From: a virus
Virus record (IMG/VR): IMGVR_UViG_3300033997_000077
Location: 1-64,000 of that record
Direction: 5' to 3' (one strand)
DNA: 64,000 bases
Shown: in pieces, positions 48,402 to 56,893 of the stretch
How positions within the stretch are numbered: the first letter of the stretch is position 1
Layout of the letters: each line of letters begins with the position of its first letter
The notes under the pieces: generated by a model
Told to the model about the DNA's origin: nothing
The model's database searches: none
The model's input: only the letters and a program-made list of their open reading frames with translations
Position numbers and translations under genes: made by a program

Positions 48402-49115
48402 ATGATTAACCTGCAAGCAACTCGCGTTCTCAAAACCAGCTACGCACCGAAGGCCGCTGGTGTTTTCATCACCGAAGAAGGCCAAGCTCTGGTCAGCGTG
48501 AAAGAAGACGGCATCCGTGTCGTGCGTCCTTCTACTGGTGCTCAAGACGAACAGTTCGCAGGCTTCCGCCTGTCCCGTGCTGTTCCGCCTCAGTACGTGC
48601 CGAAAGTAGAAGAGTTCAAGATCTCCAAGCGTGACGGTGCCGCCGTTGCTACCTTCGAGGCCATCCGTGTTCCGGTTGCTGGTAAGCTGCTGGTTCGTAT
48701 CGGTGATGCCGTAGTTACCGACATCGGTGCAGACGCTGCTGCTCCGGACGCCGCTGGCAAAGTGAACCGTGTCAAAGACACCTTCTACTTCCACGATGCG
48801 GATCTGGGCAAGCCTGCTGAAATCCAGTACCACTACGAGCCGACCGTTACCGAAGCCCAGCAGATCACTGGCGACGCTCCGCACGGCGGCCATCCCGGCA
48901 ACGCTCAAAACCAAGAGTCCTTCTTGGTTGTAGGCGACATCGCTACCAGCCACTTCGATTCCAGCGTTGACTGGACTGGCGTGCTGAACCCGCGTCTGGG
49001 GCCGGATGGTATCCTGACCACTGCTGGTCAAGGTACTCTGCTGAAGAACGTAACCGTTCTGAACAGCCCGTCAGCTGAAGGTGAATTCCTGCTGCTGGAA
49101 GTTCACGCTTACTAA
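48402..49115 (+). CDS. putative capsid decoration/minor head protein
   Basis: Immediately upstream of the MCP, beta-rich, with codon usage suggesting high expression. Confidence 0.6.
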   Translation: MINLQATRVLKTSYAPKAAGVFITEEGQALVSVKEDGIRVVRPSTGAQDEQFAGFRLSRAVPPQYVPKVEEFKISKRDGAAVATFEAIRVPVAGKLLVRIGDAVVTDIGADAAAPDAAGKVNRVKDTFYFHDADLGKPAEIQYHYEPTVTEAQQITGDAPHGGHPGNAQNQESFLVVGDIATSHFDSSVDWTGVLNPRLGPDGILTTAGQGTLLKNVTVLNSPSAEGEFLLLEVHAY

Positions 49116-49132
49116 TCCTAAGCGCTGCGTTT

Positions 49133-49165
49133 GCTAATTTGTGGGGCGCGATGTTCGCCCCCACA
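49133..49165 (+). promoter_or_regulatory. GCTAATTT motif followed by a 5'-leader hairpin upstream of the MCP
   Basis: GCTAATTT at 49133-49140, then TGTGGGGCG-CGATGTT-CGCCCCCACA. Confidence 0.45.
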
Positions 49166-49197
49166 TAACCTACAACTTTGAACAGGAATTCCTTCTC

Positions 49198-50301
49198 ATG
49201 ACTCAATATGCAAAAGCCAAGGGCGCTGTTGTTGCCGTTACTCGCGATGGCCGTCCCGTTACCGACCTGCCGATGTTCTCCGCTTCCAGCGGCGAGCTGA
49301 ATGCTTCCAACAAGAAAGACGCTCTGGCTCTGGGCCAGCGTTACATGGACATGATGAAGAACGGCGAAGTCGTTCTGGTTCAAGAAGATCAAGTCGGCTC
49401 CATGCAGGCTTCTATGTCCAGCGCTGACCGCATCCGTCTGGGCAACGAAGTGTTCATGGAAGCTGCCAACGATCCGTCCAAGTGGGCGTCTCTGGGTTCC
49501 AGCATCGTTGCACGCGTTGAAGACCGTGCCGAGCGTTCCGGTCTGATGCGTAACCTGCTGCAAGGTAGCACCTTGCGCCAAGGCGAAATCGCCCGTGTCG
49601 AACTGAAACAGCACGTGTGCCACGCCGTGGTCGCAACTGGCCCGTCCGATCTGGGTTACCAAATCCTGCGCGGTAAAGTCTTCAACCCGCAAGAGTTCGA
49701 AGTCAAATCCGCTGTACGTGTTCCGGTAATCGACATGCACCAGATCGCTGGTGACCTGATGGGCCGTGCCGAGCGTGACGCTCACCAGTCCGTAGTGGTC
49801 AAAGAAGACCGTCTGTTCATGGACGCTGTGTATCAGGCAGTTGGTCGTGGCAACCCGATCACCTACCTGCACGACAAACTCCTGCCGGGTCACTTGGCCG
49901 CCATGCGCGACCAGATTGACAGCTGGAACATTCCGGTCGCGGGCACCGTTCTGTCTTCCGACTTCTGGACTGACATGATCGGCAGCTCCGTGTGGATGGA
50001 AGCTCTGGAACCTGTTACCCGTTACGAACTGCTGAGCACTGGCCGTCTGGCTACTCTGCTGGGTATGGATCTGATCACCGACGGTTTCCGTGATCCGACC
50101 CAACGTGTTCTGGAACGTGGCACCCTGTTTACCTTCGCCACTCCGGAATACCTCGGCGCGTACACCACTCGCGGCGGCGCAACCAGCGAAGCGACCACTG
50201 GTGCCAACGAAGGCAACACCGACAAGGGCTGGCTGATCAGCGAGATCCTGTCTATGGTTGTTGCTAACACCCAAGGTCTGGCTCTGGCTAAACGTCAATG
50301 A
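49198..50301 (+). CDS. major capsid protein (HK97 fold, probable)
   Basis: AGGA RBS then ATG 49198, 367 aa, strong codon bias, head-module position. KEDR.F and G.L.T.LG..LITD patterns. Confidence 0.75.
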   Translation: MTQYAKAKGAVVAVTRDGRPVTDLPMFSASSGELNASNKKDALALGQRYMDMMKNGEVVLVQEDQVGSMQASMSSADRIRLGNEVFMEAANDPSKWASLGSSIVARVEDRAERSGLMRNLLQGSTLRQGEIARVELKQHVCHAVVATGPSDLGYQILRGKVFNPQEFEVKSAVRVPVIDMHQIAGDLMGRAERDAHQSVVVKEDRLFMDAVYQAVGRGNPITYLHDKLLPGHLAAMRDQIDSWNIPVAGTVLSSDFWTDMIGSSVWMEALEPVTRYELLSTGRLATLLGMDLITDGFRDPTQRVLERGTLFTFATPEYLGAYTTRGGATSEATTGANEGNTDKGWLISEILSMVVANTQGLALAKRQ

Positions 50302-50729
50302 AGCTGAGCGCCAGTTTGACAGCAATGTCACTCTCGGCGCTTCGTAGCGGTCGCGTACAGGACGCTGCGGAACTCCTAAGTCAGGCGGCATTCGCCGATG
50401 ACGCGCAAGCACTCATTGCATCTCTCGTAGATGACAACGAAGTTGCGTGCAGTTTGAGTTCCGCAATCCTTGCGCCGGAATCGGAACTGGGGGCAGTCAT
50501 TGACTCTCTCAGTTCCGAACTGTCGCGTATCGACCGACTCAGCAAGATGTCCGATCCTCTGGAAGACATCTTGAGCGTCGCGGATGACGACTCGGATGAC
50601 GATGACCAAATTGACCTCGGCGTACTCGACTTCGAAGACGAAGAAGAGGAAGACGATGACTCTTTCGAATCAGAAAGTTCCGACGTTCAACCTTCCCTGA
50701 TCAAGCTGACATTCAGCGAAGTGGACTAG
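50298..50729 (+). CDS. small acidic head core protein with several S-x-S sites
   Basis: Starts MKLSASLTAMSLSA; internal CSLSS, DSLSS and ESESS. Coupled to the MCP (ATGA). Confidence 0.65.
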   Translation: MKLSASLTAMSLSALRSGRVQDAAELLSQAAFADDAQALIASLVDDNEVACSLSSAILAPESELGAVIDSLSSELSRIDRLSKMSDPLEDILSVADDDSDDDDQIDLGVLDFEDEEEEDDDSFESESSDVQPSLIKLTFSEVD

Positions 50730-50738
50730 GGGAACCCC

Positions 50739-50768
50739 GAGCCAGCCTAGTGCTGGCTCTTCTTGTTT
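50739..50768 (+). terminator. Rho-independent terminator
   Basis: GAGCCAGC-CTAGT-GCTGGCTC followed by TTCTTGTTT. Confidence 0.65.
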
Positions 50769-50780
50769 CTGGGGCAAAAT

Positions 50781-51554
50781 ATGGCAATGAGCGATTCATT
50801 GGCGCGCATGATTGACCCCGCGCCTTTGCTGCTGACAGTTCGCGGGATCAAAGAACGCTTCCGCGATGTGCTCGGCGTCACCAACTTTAGCGTCCAGTTC
50901 CATAACAACTGGAAGCAGGGATTGCGAGCCAGTAAGCCTACGGGCACCTCGTATCCGCACGGCGGGTTCAAGATGACGGCGATTAACGTCACCGAGAACA
51001 ACATCAAGAACATGCTGCGTGTTGGTACAGGCGACGGCATCGTCAGTGGCGGTAACAACAACGCGATACTGCAACGCTCCTTTCTCATTCCGGTATTGAT
51101 TAACTGCGAGTGCGAGATCAAGTTTCAGGACATGCAAGAGGCGTTGGCCTTTTGTACGGCGGCGTCAATCTTCTTGCCTGTCGGTATGTTGAGCTTCGAG
51201 ATCGCCTACGCGCGGAACAAGTGGCACAGCAACGTAACGTTGAGCGGCGGTGGCAAGTCCATGCCGCTACCGATGATTGACGACCTCAACGAGGGAAGCA
51301 CGCCGGGCACGGCTGCCGTTACTTTCTCGCTGGACGTCACGTCGAAGATCGGCTTTATCCGCGACATCACCAAGATTAACAACTATGGTGCTGTGCAGTT
51401 CAACGTTGAAGCTAACCCGACGCCGCCGGACGCAGACATCAACGAGCTGAATAGTGTGCTGGACGATCCGCAGTACGCGCTCTCCAAAGAGGAAGCCGAC
51501 GAGCTGCGCCGCACACAATCAACGATTGATATGCTGATGCGAGGAATACGATGA
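50781..51554 (+). CDS. putative neck/tail-completion protein
   Basis: Lies between the head genes and sheath 2. Function is from synteny only. Confidence 0.5.
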   Translation: MAMSDSLARMIDPAPLLLTVRGIKERFRDVLGVTNFSVQFHNNWKQGLRASKPTGTSYPHGGFKMTAINVTENNIKNMLRVGTGDGIVSGGNNNAILQRSFLIPVLINCECEIKFQDMQEALAFCTAASIFLPVGMLSFEIAYARNKWHSNVTLSGGGKSMPLPMIDDLNEGSTPGTAAVTFSLDVTSKIGFIRDITKINNYGAVQFNVEANPTPPDADINELNSVLDDPQYALSKEEADELRRTQSTIDMLMRGIR

Positions 51555-51931
51555 CAGTTATCTCTCACCAAAATGCGCGCACCCGATTCCGCCCGACCGA
51601 TGCTACCTTGATTCTGGACGTCAGTGTTCAGCAGGTTCAAGGCCGTGGCCGATCTCGGATTATGCGGCAGACCAAGCAAGCGCCCGTGAAAGAGGGCGAC
51701 CGCCAGTCGGTATCGCAGTACCGAACTTCCGTCGATTCGCGAGGCTTAGAGCTGAAGGACATTGACGGTATGATCACTATCGAGACGAGCTTCCCGATCA
51801 CCATTATGATCGGCGGTGCCGCGTTGCCCTGCACTGGGATCTTCGCGATGACAGGCTCGATAGATTCGCTGATAATTGTGGCCGCGCAGCCGACTGTGGT
51901 GTCCATTACAGCGGTAGTCCGTAATTTATAG
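51551..51931 (+). CDS. hypothetical structural protein
   Basis: GAGG RBS, ATGA overlap, beta-rich. Confidence 0.6.
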   Translation: MTVISHQNARTRFRPTDATLILDVSVQQVQGRGRSRIMRQTKQAPVKEGDRQSVSQYRTSVDSRGLELKDIDGMITIETSFPITIMIGGAALPCTGIFAMTGSIDSLIIVAAQPTVVSITAVVRNL

Positions 51932-51956
51932 ATGTCCATTCGAATGGAGAATCCCA

Positions 51957-53669
51957 ATGGCCTTTAATACACAACATACCAGTGCTGGCGTGTACTTCTC
52001 GATCAATGATCGTGGAGCGAATGCCGTGCTGGCTGTCGGTGGGGTCGCGACTTTGGTAATGCCTCTTCCTCTCGGGATCGTTGGTAAGAACATGCGTGTT
52101 CTTGCTTCCGAAGTCGACGAGCTGCTTGGCCCGTCCGTTGGACGTTACTGGCAGAACGTTGAAATCCTGAAGTTGCTGGCGTCGCAAGCGCGCTACCTCA
52201 ACATCACTCGCGTTGGTCACAACGTCAAGTTCGCTGCCTCGATGGTAACGACCTTCAACAACTTCGCCACTACTCGCAACCTTGCTGCTGGTCTCGATAA
52301 CCTCGATACCGTGCTGTTCAACGACAAGGACATCATGCTGGTAGCGGCCCGTCACGCTGGCGATAACGGCAAGAACTACTACTTCGCGTTCGAGCCTGAC
52401 CTCACGGATCCTGATGGCGAATCCTTCAACTTCTACGTGTATCGCGTCGGGTACAAAACCCCGATTCATACCTACCGTGGTTGCACGCTCTTCTACAAGA
52501 AGGACGACAACAACGAGCAGAAGTTTATCGAAGAGATGGTGAACAACGATCACCTCTGCCCCATCATGGTGTTCGTCAACGAAGACCACTACAAGCTCAA
52601 GAGCGACCCGCGCTATCTGGCAATCAACGCCATCGGCGGTGGCCCCCGTGACCCGAACGCCCCGAACGCTCCGCACGGCCAGCTGCTGCACGGAAGCGAC
52701 GGTGACGAAATCGACATCTACAGCGATGACGAAGAAGTCCGCAACCGTTCACTGGCTCTCATGCTGGAAGGCTGGGAGAACTACCGCGACTGGGAAACCG
52801 TGCGCGTTGGTATCGCGTGCGACGGCGGCTACGCTCACCCTGCGATTGCTTCCAAGATTGCGGAGATCTCCGAAGACCGGATGGACTGCATTTCGAACAA
52901 CAACGTTCCGGTGCAGTGGCAGTATCACGAAGATGCTATCGCCTATCGCTACGGTCGCAAGCTGCTCGACGGCATGGGCCTGAACATGGCTACCGCGTTC
53001 GCAACCCTGAGCAACAACGACATCGAGTACCGCGCGTCCAGCGTGGAGCGTAACATGTGGGTGCCTTGCTCTGTGGCAATGACCTACGCGATGTTGGAGT
53101 GCGACAAGGATCGTAGCTGGCTTGCTCCCGCTGGTCTGAATCGCGGCGGTTTCCCGTGGGGTCTGCGTCTGCGCCATGAAGCTCCGCTTCCGGTGCGTGA
53201 CATCCTCAACGACAACCAGATCAACTTCCCGATCCACTTCAAGTCTCCGGTCGCTCCCAATGATGCCGTCGGTATCTACATGTGGAACGCGGACACTCTG
53301 AACGGGAAACGCTCACCGCTGGACGACATCGGTGTGCAGCGTCTGCTCTCCGTCATTACCGAAAGCGTGCGTGTTAGCTTCCTGCGTTACAACTTCGAGA
53401 ACGACAGTACCGTGCTCCGCAAAGAGCTGAAGACTGACCTCGACGACAACGTGTTGCAGCCCATCACGAACGGTCGCGGTCTGGACTGGTACGAGTCAGT
53501 AGTTGATCGCCGGAACAACACCAACGCCAGCTCGGCCAACGGTGATCTGTACGTCGACGTCTTCCTCGACCCGACCCGCTACACCAAACGTATTCACCTG
53601 AACTTGAACGTGGCCCCGACGGGCAACCTCAAGGCGGTGGTTTCCCTCATTGAACGTGGACAGGTATAA
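51957..53669 (+). CDS. contractile tail sheath protein 2
   Basis: SAGVY, WLAPAGLNRG, NQIN, V.RLL, FE(N)D and NN......G.L.VDV.L.P. Confidence 0.9.
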   Translation: MAFNTQHTSAGVYFSINDRGANAVLAVGGVATLVMPLPLGIVGKNMRVLASEVDELLGPSVGRYWQNVEILKLLASQARYLNITRVGHNVKFAASMVTTFNNFATTRNLAAGLDNLDTVLFNDKDIMLVAARHAGDNGKNYYFAFEPDLTDPDGESFNFYVYRVGYKTPIHTYRGCTLFYKKDDNNEQKFIEEMVNNDHLCPIMVFVNEDHYKLKSDPRYLAINAIGGGPRDPNAPNAPHGQLLHGSDGDEIDIYSDDEEVRNRSLALMLEGWENYRDWETVRVGIACDGGYAHPAIASKIAEISEDRMDCISNNNVPVQWQYHEDAIAYRYGRKLLDGMGLNMATAFATLSNNDIEYRASSVERNMWVPCSVAMTYAMLECDKDRSWLAPAGLNRGGFPWGLRLRHEAPLPVRDILNDNQINFPIHFKSPVAPNDAVGIYMWNADTLNGKRSPLDDIGVQRLLSVITESVRVSFLRYNFENDSTVLRKELKTDLDDNVLQPITNGRGLDWYESVVDRRNNTNASSANGDLYVDVFLDPTRYTKRIHLNLNVAPTGNLKAVVSLIERGQV

Positions 53670-53671
53670 CC

Positions 53672-54409
53672 ATGAAGCTGAACATCAAGACCGTATCCGT
53701 TTCCGCAGCCGCTGACTTTCTGGATGCCGACAAGCACCTCAATCTGAAAAAGGTCGAAGCCGCTGGCAAGAAGATCGTTGCTGCCGCTGAGCGTTTCGCC
53801 AAGGCTCAAGCCAAGGGTGACGCAGTAGCCGCCAAGGTTATCGCTCGCATCGGATCTAAAACTCCGAAGCAGATCGAGAAAGCGATGAAGCCTGTTGGCT
53901 ACTACGTGATGAACAAGAAAGTGCACTCCAAGGTAGAGAACTACTCTGCCGTTAAGGCCAAGAAAGGCGATGCCGCCTATCTGCGCAAGCGCGCTTTCCG
54001 TGTTATGAGCCGCAAGACTCCGACCGATGCCTACGCCGTCCTCTCTCCGATCTACGACGTTCGCATTCTTGGCAAAGAAGCTGCTGCCATCCAGCGTGAC
54101 CTGATCAAGGCCATCGAAACCCATATGGGCGGACTGGACAAGACCAAGGGCCGCGCCAGCGAAATCACTCAGGCGACCCAAGCAGCCAACACCGCTGACT
54201 TCCGCAAGTCCGCTGATTTGGTGATTGGTACTCTGATCGGTGCTGCTGGCTCCAAGATCAAACAAGCCAACGTGTTCGAGTCTACTCCGGCGCGTGGCGT
54301 TCCCGCCGTTTACATCAACGTGCCCGGCGCTGGTGTTCTGGTTCTGCGTCATGCAACCAAAGCACAGCTGGCAGCTGCCAAGAAAGCCGCCGCAACTCCG
54401 GCCCAGTAA
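53672..54409 (+). CDS. Lys/Ala-rich basic protein with S-x-S leader
   Basis: Starts MKLNIKTVSVSAA. Strong codon bias; sits between sheath and tube. Confidence 0.7.
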   Translation: MKLNIKTVSVSAAADFLDADKHLNLKKVEAAGKKIVAAAERFAKAQAKGDAVAAKVIARIGSKTPKQIEKAMKPVGYYVMNKKVHSKVENYSAVKAKKGDAAYLRKRAFRVMSRKTPTDAYAVLSPIYDVRILGKEAAAIQRDLIKAIETHMGGLDKTKGRASEITQATQAANTADFRKSADLVIGTLIGAAGSKIKQANVFESTPARGVPAVYINVPGAGVLVLRHATKAQLAAAKKAAATPAQ

Positions 54410-54421
54410 TCAGGAGACACC

Positions 54422-54937
54422 ATGTCTAAGCCTACCCTTGACGAGTTCGAGTCCACTGGCGACCCGATGCTCGATGACAACTTCGAGATCATCTTCTCCA
54501 ACTTGCCTGTCGACGGCATGGACGGCGCGAAAAGCCTGCGCATTCATACCAAGACTGGTACGCTGCCCGGCGCAACCATTGAAGAAGTGATCAAAGAAGC
54601 GTTCGGTTATCAACTCCGCTACGCGGGCCGCAAGACTTTCAGCGGCTCGTTCCAGATGGAGTTCAACGAAAACCATCAAGCGAAGATCCTCAAGATCATG
54701 CGCAAGTGGCACGCGAAAATCCGTACCACCAAGACCGCACTCGGTCGCTTCAAGAAAGAGTACGCTGCAACCGTAACCTTCCGCCTGCTGGATCAAACTG
54801 GCGCGATGGTGGATGAAACCACCATCAAAGGCGTGTGGCCGGGTCAAGTACCTGACTATCAGTTCAGTGGTGCGGCGCAAGCTGTTCCCTGTTCTATTGA
54901 CTTCAAGTTCGACTACATCCTGACCGATGCGGACTGA
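54422..54937 (+). CDS. tail tube protein (T4 gp19-like)
   Basis: LPG..IE, YAGR..F, F.E...W, L.D..G and G.WP..V. 171 aa, downstream of the sheath. Confidence 0.85.
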   Translation: MSKPTLDEFESTGDPMLDDNFEIIFSNLPVDGMDGAKSLRIHTKTGTLPGATIEEVIKEAFGYQLRYAGRKTFSGSFQMEFNENHQAKILKIMRKWHAKIRTTKTALGRFKKEYAATVTFRLLDQTGAMVDETTIKGVWPGQVPDYQFSGAAQAVPCSIDFKFDYILTDAD

Positions 54938-54950
54938 GCGCAGTAGCGAT

Positions 54951-54972
54951 AAGGGGGCCTAGTGCCCCCTTT
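54951..54972 (+). terminator. Rho-independent terminator
   Basis: AAGGGGGC-CTAGT-GCCCCCTTT. Confidence 0.6.
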
Positions 54973-54981
54973 GGAGGATCT

Positions 54982-55647
54982 ATGCTCTTAAATTTGAGCC
55001 TATCCGCCGCCAAGCCGCAGTACACTGAATTCGACTGGTTCAAGTTTACTGGGGTGCGTGGTGTATATCTCGAAAACAAGGAATACGAAGTCCAAATCGA
55101 CGCGGGCGAACGCTTCGGTGTTTTCATCGCGCAGCGTGGCGTTATCTACGTTGTGCACGAAGACCTGCCGACTGAGCTGTTCAAGTGCGATGCGAAAACC
55201 GCACGCTCTCTAATGAGTCGAGCAACGTACTACAAGGGACGCGTTAAGGGCAAAGCTGTAAACAACAGCAGACTTGTCAAAGGCGCGAACGTTCCACGTG
55301 ACCCGACTGCGCAGCCGCCAGCAGACCCAGCACCGGAAACCAAAACCAAAGCTGTGGGCAACGCCAAAGACATCTTGACCGCAATCCGCAAGCAATCGTT
55401 CGCCAAGCCGCGCAGTATCACCTACATGCGCAGTGCCGATATGGGCGAGGGCAAAGTGTTCTACTACGACGCGACTTCTTCCTACGTTGAATCCAAGTTG
55501 AAGGCCGCACAGTGGGAGAAGCACGCGGAGAAGATGCTGCTTGCCGCAATGGCGGGCACCAGTCACGAAGTCGGGGCAGTCGTGCAGCAACCAACATCAA
55601 AGACGCAGCCCGAGCGGGCGGTGTTGATGGTTAAGGTGGACACATGA
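54982..55647 (+). CDS. putative head protein with S-x-S leader
   Basis: Starts MLLNLSLSAA. GGAGG RBS. N-domain is similar to those of 33566 and 5835. Confidence 0.65.
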   Translation: MLLNLSLSAAKPQYTEFDWFKFTGVRGVYLENKEYEVQIDAGERFGVFIAQRGVIYVVHEDLPTELFKCDAKTARSLMSRATYYKGRVKGKAVNNSRLVKGANVPRDPTAQPPADPAPETKTKAVGNAKDILTAIRKQSFAKPRSITYMRSADMGEGKVFYYDATSSYVESKLKAAQWEKHAEKMLLAAMAGTSHEVGAVVQQPTSKTQPERAVLMVKVDT

Positions 55648-56156
55648 CCGTTACGCTGGCACAACTCGAAAAACATTCTGAAGGTCAATACGAGCCGTGG
55701 CAATCAGACAAGTGGAAAGTGCTGGCGATGCCCACCCTCGGCGGCGTCAAACTTCCCATTGAGTTGATTGAAGCTGTGACGCCGCCGTTCAACGTGCTGC
55801 AAGAGCGCGCGAAGAACATTGCATCCAGTGAAATCTACTTTGCCAACGGAACGCGGGCCGGACAATTTTCGCTGGAAGCTGCATCGACGGCCAAGCTGCA
55901 TGCACTGCGCTACTTCGACACGTGGCAGCAGATGATTCAGAACCCGTTCACTGGTGGCTTCCGGCTCCCGTCAACCTACAAGAAGAACATCAGCTGTGGG
56001 CTGTACGATCCAACCGGACAACTCGTAGTGACGATTGAAGTGCGCAACGCGTGGCCTGTTTCTTACGATGGGCTGGCGCTTGCACGTCAGTCGTCTAACG
56101 AGCCGTTGGTCGTGCAGTTCAAGTGTGATGCCTGTCGTCTAATCTGGAGTACATGA
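55644..56156 (+). CDS. tail tube-like protein (tube paralog/initiator)
   Basis: YF..W...I.N, YKK.I...LYD..G and NAWP.S, a tube-fold pattern. Confidence 0.7.
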   Translation: MTVTLAQLEKHSEGQYEPWQSDKWKVLAMPTLGGVKLPIELIEAVTPPFNVLQERAKNIASSEIYFANGTRAGQFSLEAASTAKLHALRYFDTWQQMIQNPFTGGFRLPSTYKKNISCGLYDPTGQLVVTIEVRNAWPVSYDGLALARQSSNEPLVVQFKCDACRLIWST

Positions 56157-56893
56157 TGCTTGTTACTGCTAACGAACTTGGTTCCAAACTTGTTGTCGCG
56201 GATCCGCCCATCGAGTCATTCGAGATGCGGAAGTTTCGCGGTGCTGACCTGCGGCGCGTGTGGGAAGCAAAGCCCAAGAACTCGACCGAAGAGCTTATGG
56301 CATTCGGTCACGCGATTCGCGATTGCATCGACCCAGAATCCTGCGACGTCGACAACTTGATGAACAGCCTGACTATCTACGATGCGTGGCAGCTGGTAGT
56401 TCGTCAGTGGCAAGAATCCGGCGTCCCCATGCTGCTGAAGGGTGTGTGCAACCATCCGGTGTATCACATCGTTGATGCCGATGGCATGCAGACGTCAGTG
56501 TACTCGGCAAGCAACGTTCCGGAAACCGCAACGGTGTTGAGCGTGGATGCGTGTGGCGGTACTGCTTCCGCTTACCTCAAGGCCGAAGACGTGCAAGTGG
56601 TTCAAGTCCACAGCGACTGCATGCAGCAAACTCCGCTACCTGACCTCACGCTCCCGTTGTTGCGTCAACTGTACGAAGACGATTACGATTCTACGGATCG
56701 TGTTCACCTTCTGCGTATGGTGCTGGCGGCGCACGACATTGACGAGCTGGAAGCAGCAGACATTATGAGCGTCGGCAAGTGGTTGTCCCACAACAAGCAC
56801 GGCGTGCGTAATGGCGCGTTCCTGCTTTGCCCTCAGTGCGGTCGCCAGTCTACCACCACTTGGCAAATGAACATCGGAGTGTTCTTTGAGTAA
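56153..56893 (+). CDS. baseplate hub assembly protein (T4 gp26-like, C-terminal CxxC)
   Basis: L...D...L..R, HG......CPQCG and terminal FF. Synteny supports the call. Confidence 0.55.
   Translation: MMLVTANELGSKLVVADPPIESFEMRKFRGADLRRVWEAKPKNSTEELMAFGHAIRDCIDPESCDVDNLMNSLTIYDAWQLVVRQWQESGVPMLLKGVCNHPVYHIVDADGMQTSVYSASNVPETATVLSVDACGGTASAYLKAEDVQVVQVHSDCMQQTPLPDLTLPLLRQLYEDDYDSTDRVHLLRMVLAAHDIDELEAADIMSVGKWLSHNKHGVRNGAFLLCPQCGRQSTTTWQMNIGVFFE

Noticed and set aside
48943-50412. 489-aa minus-strand ORF over the capsid gene
   Set aside because: Antisense shadow of a strongly codon-biased gene.
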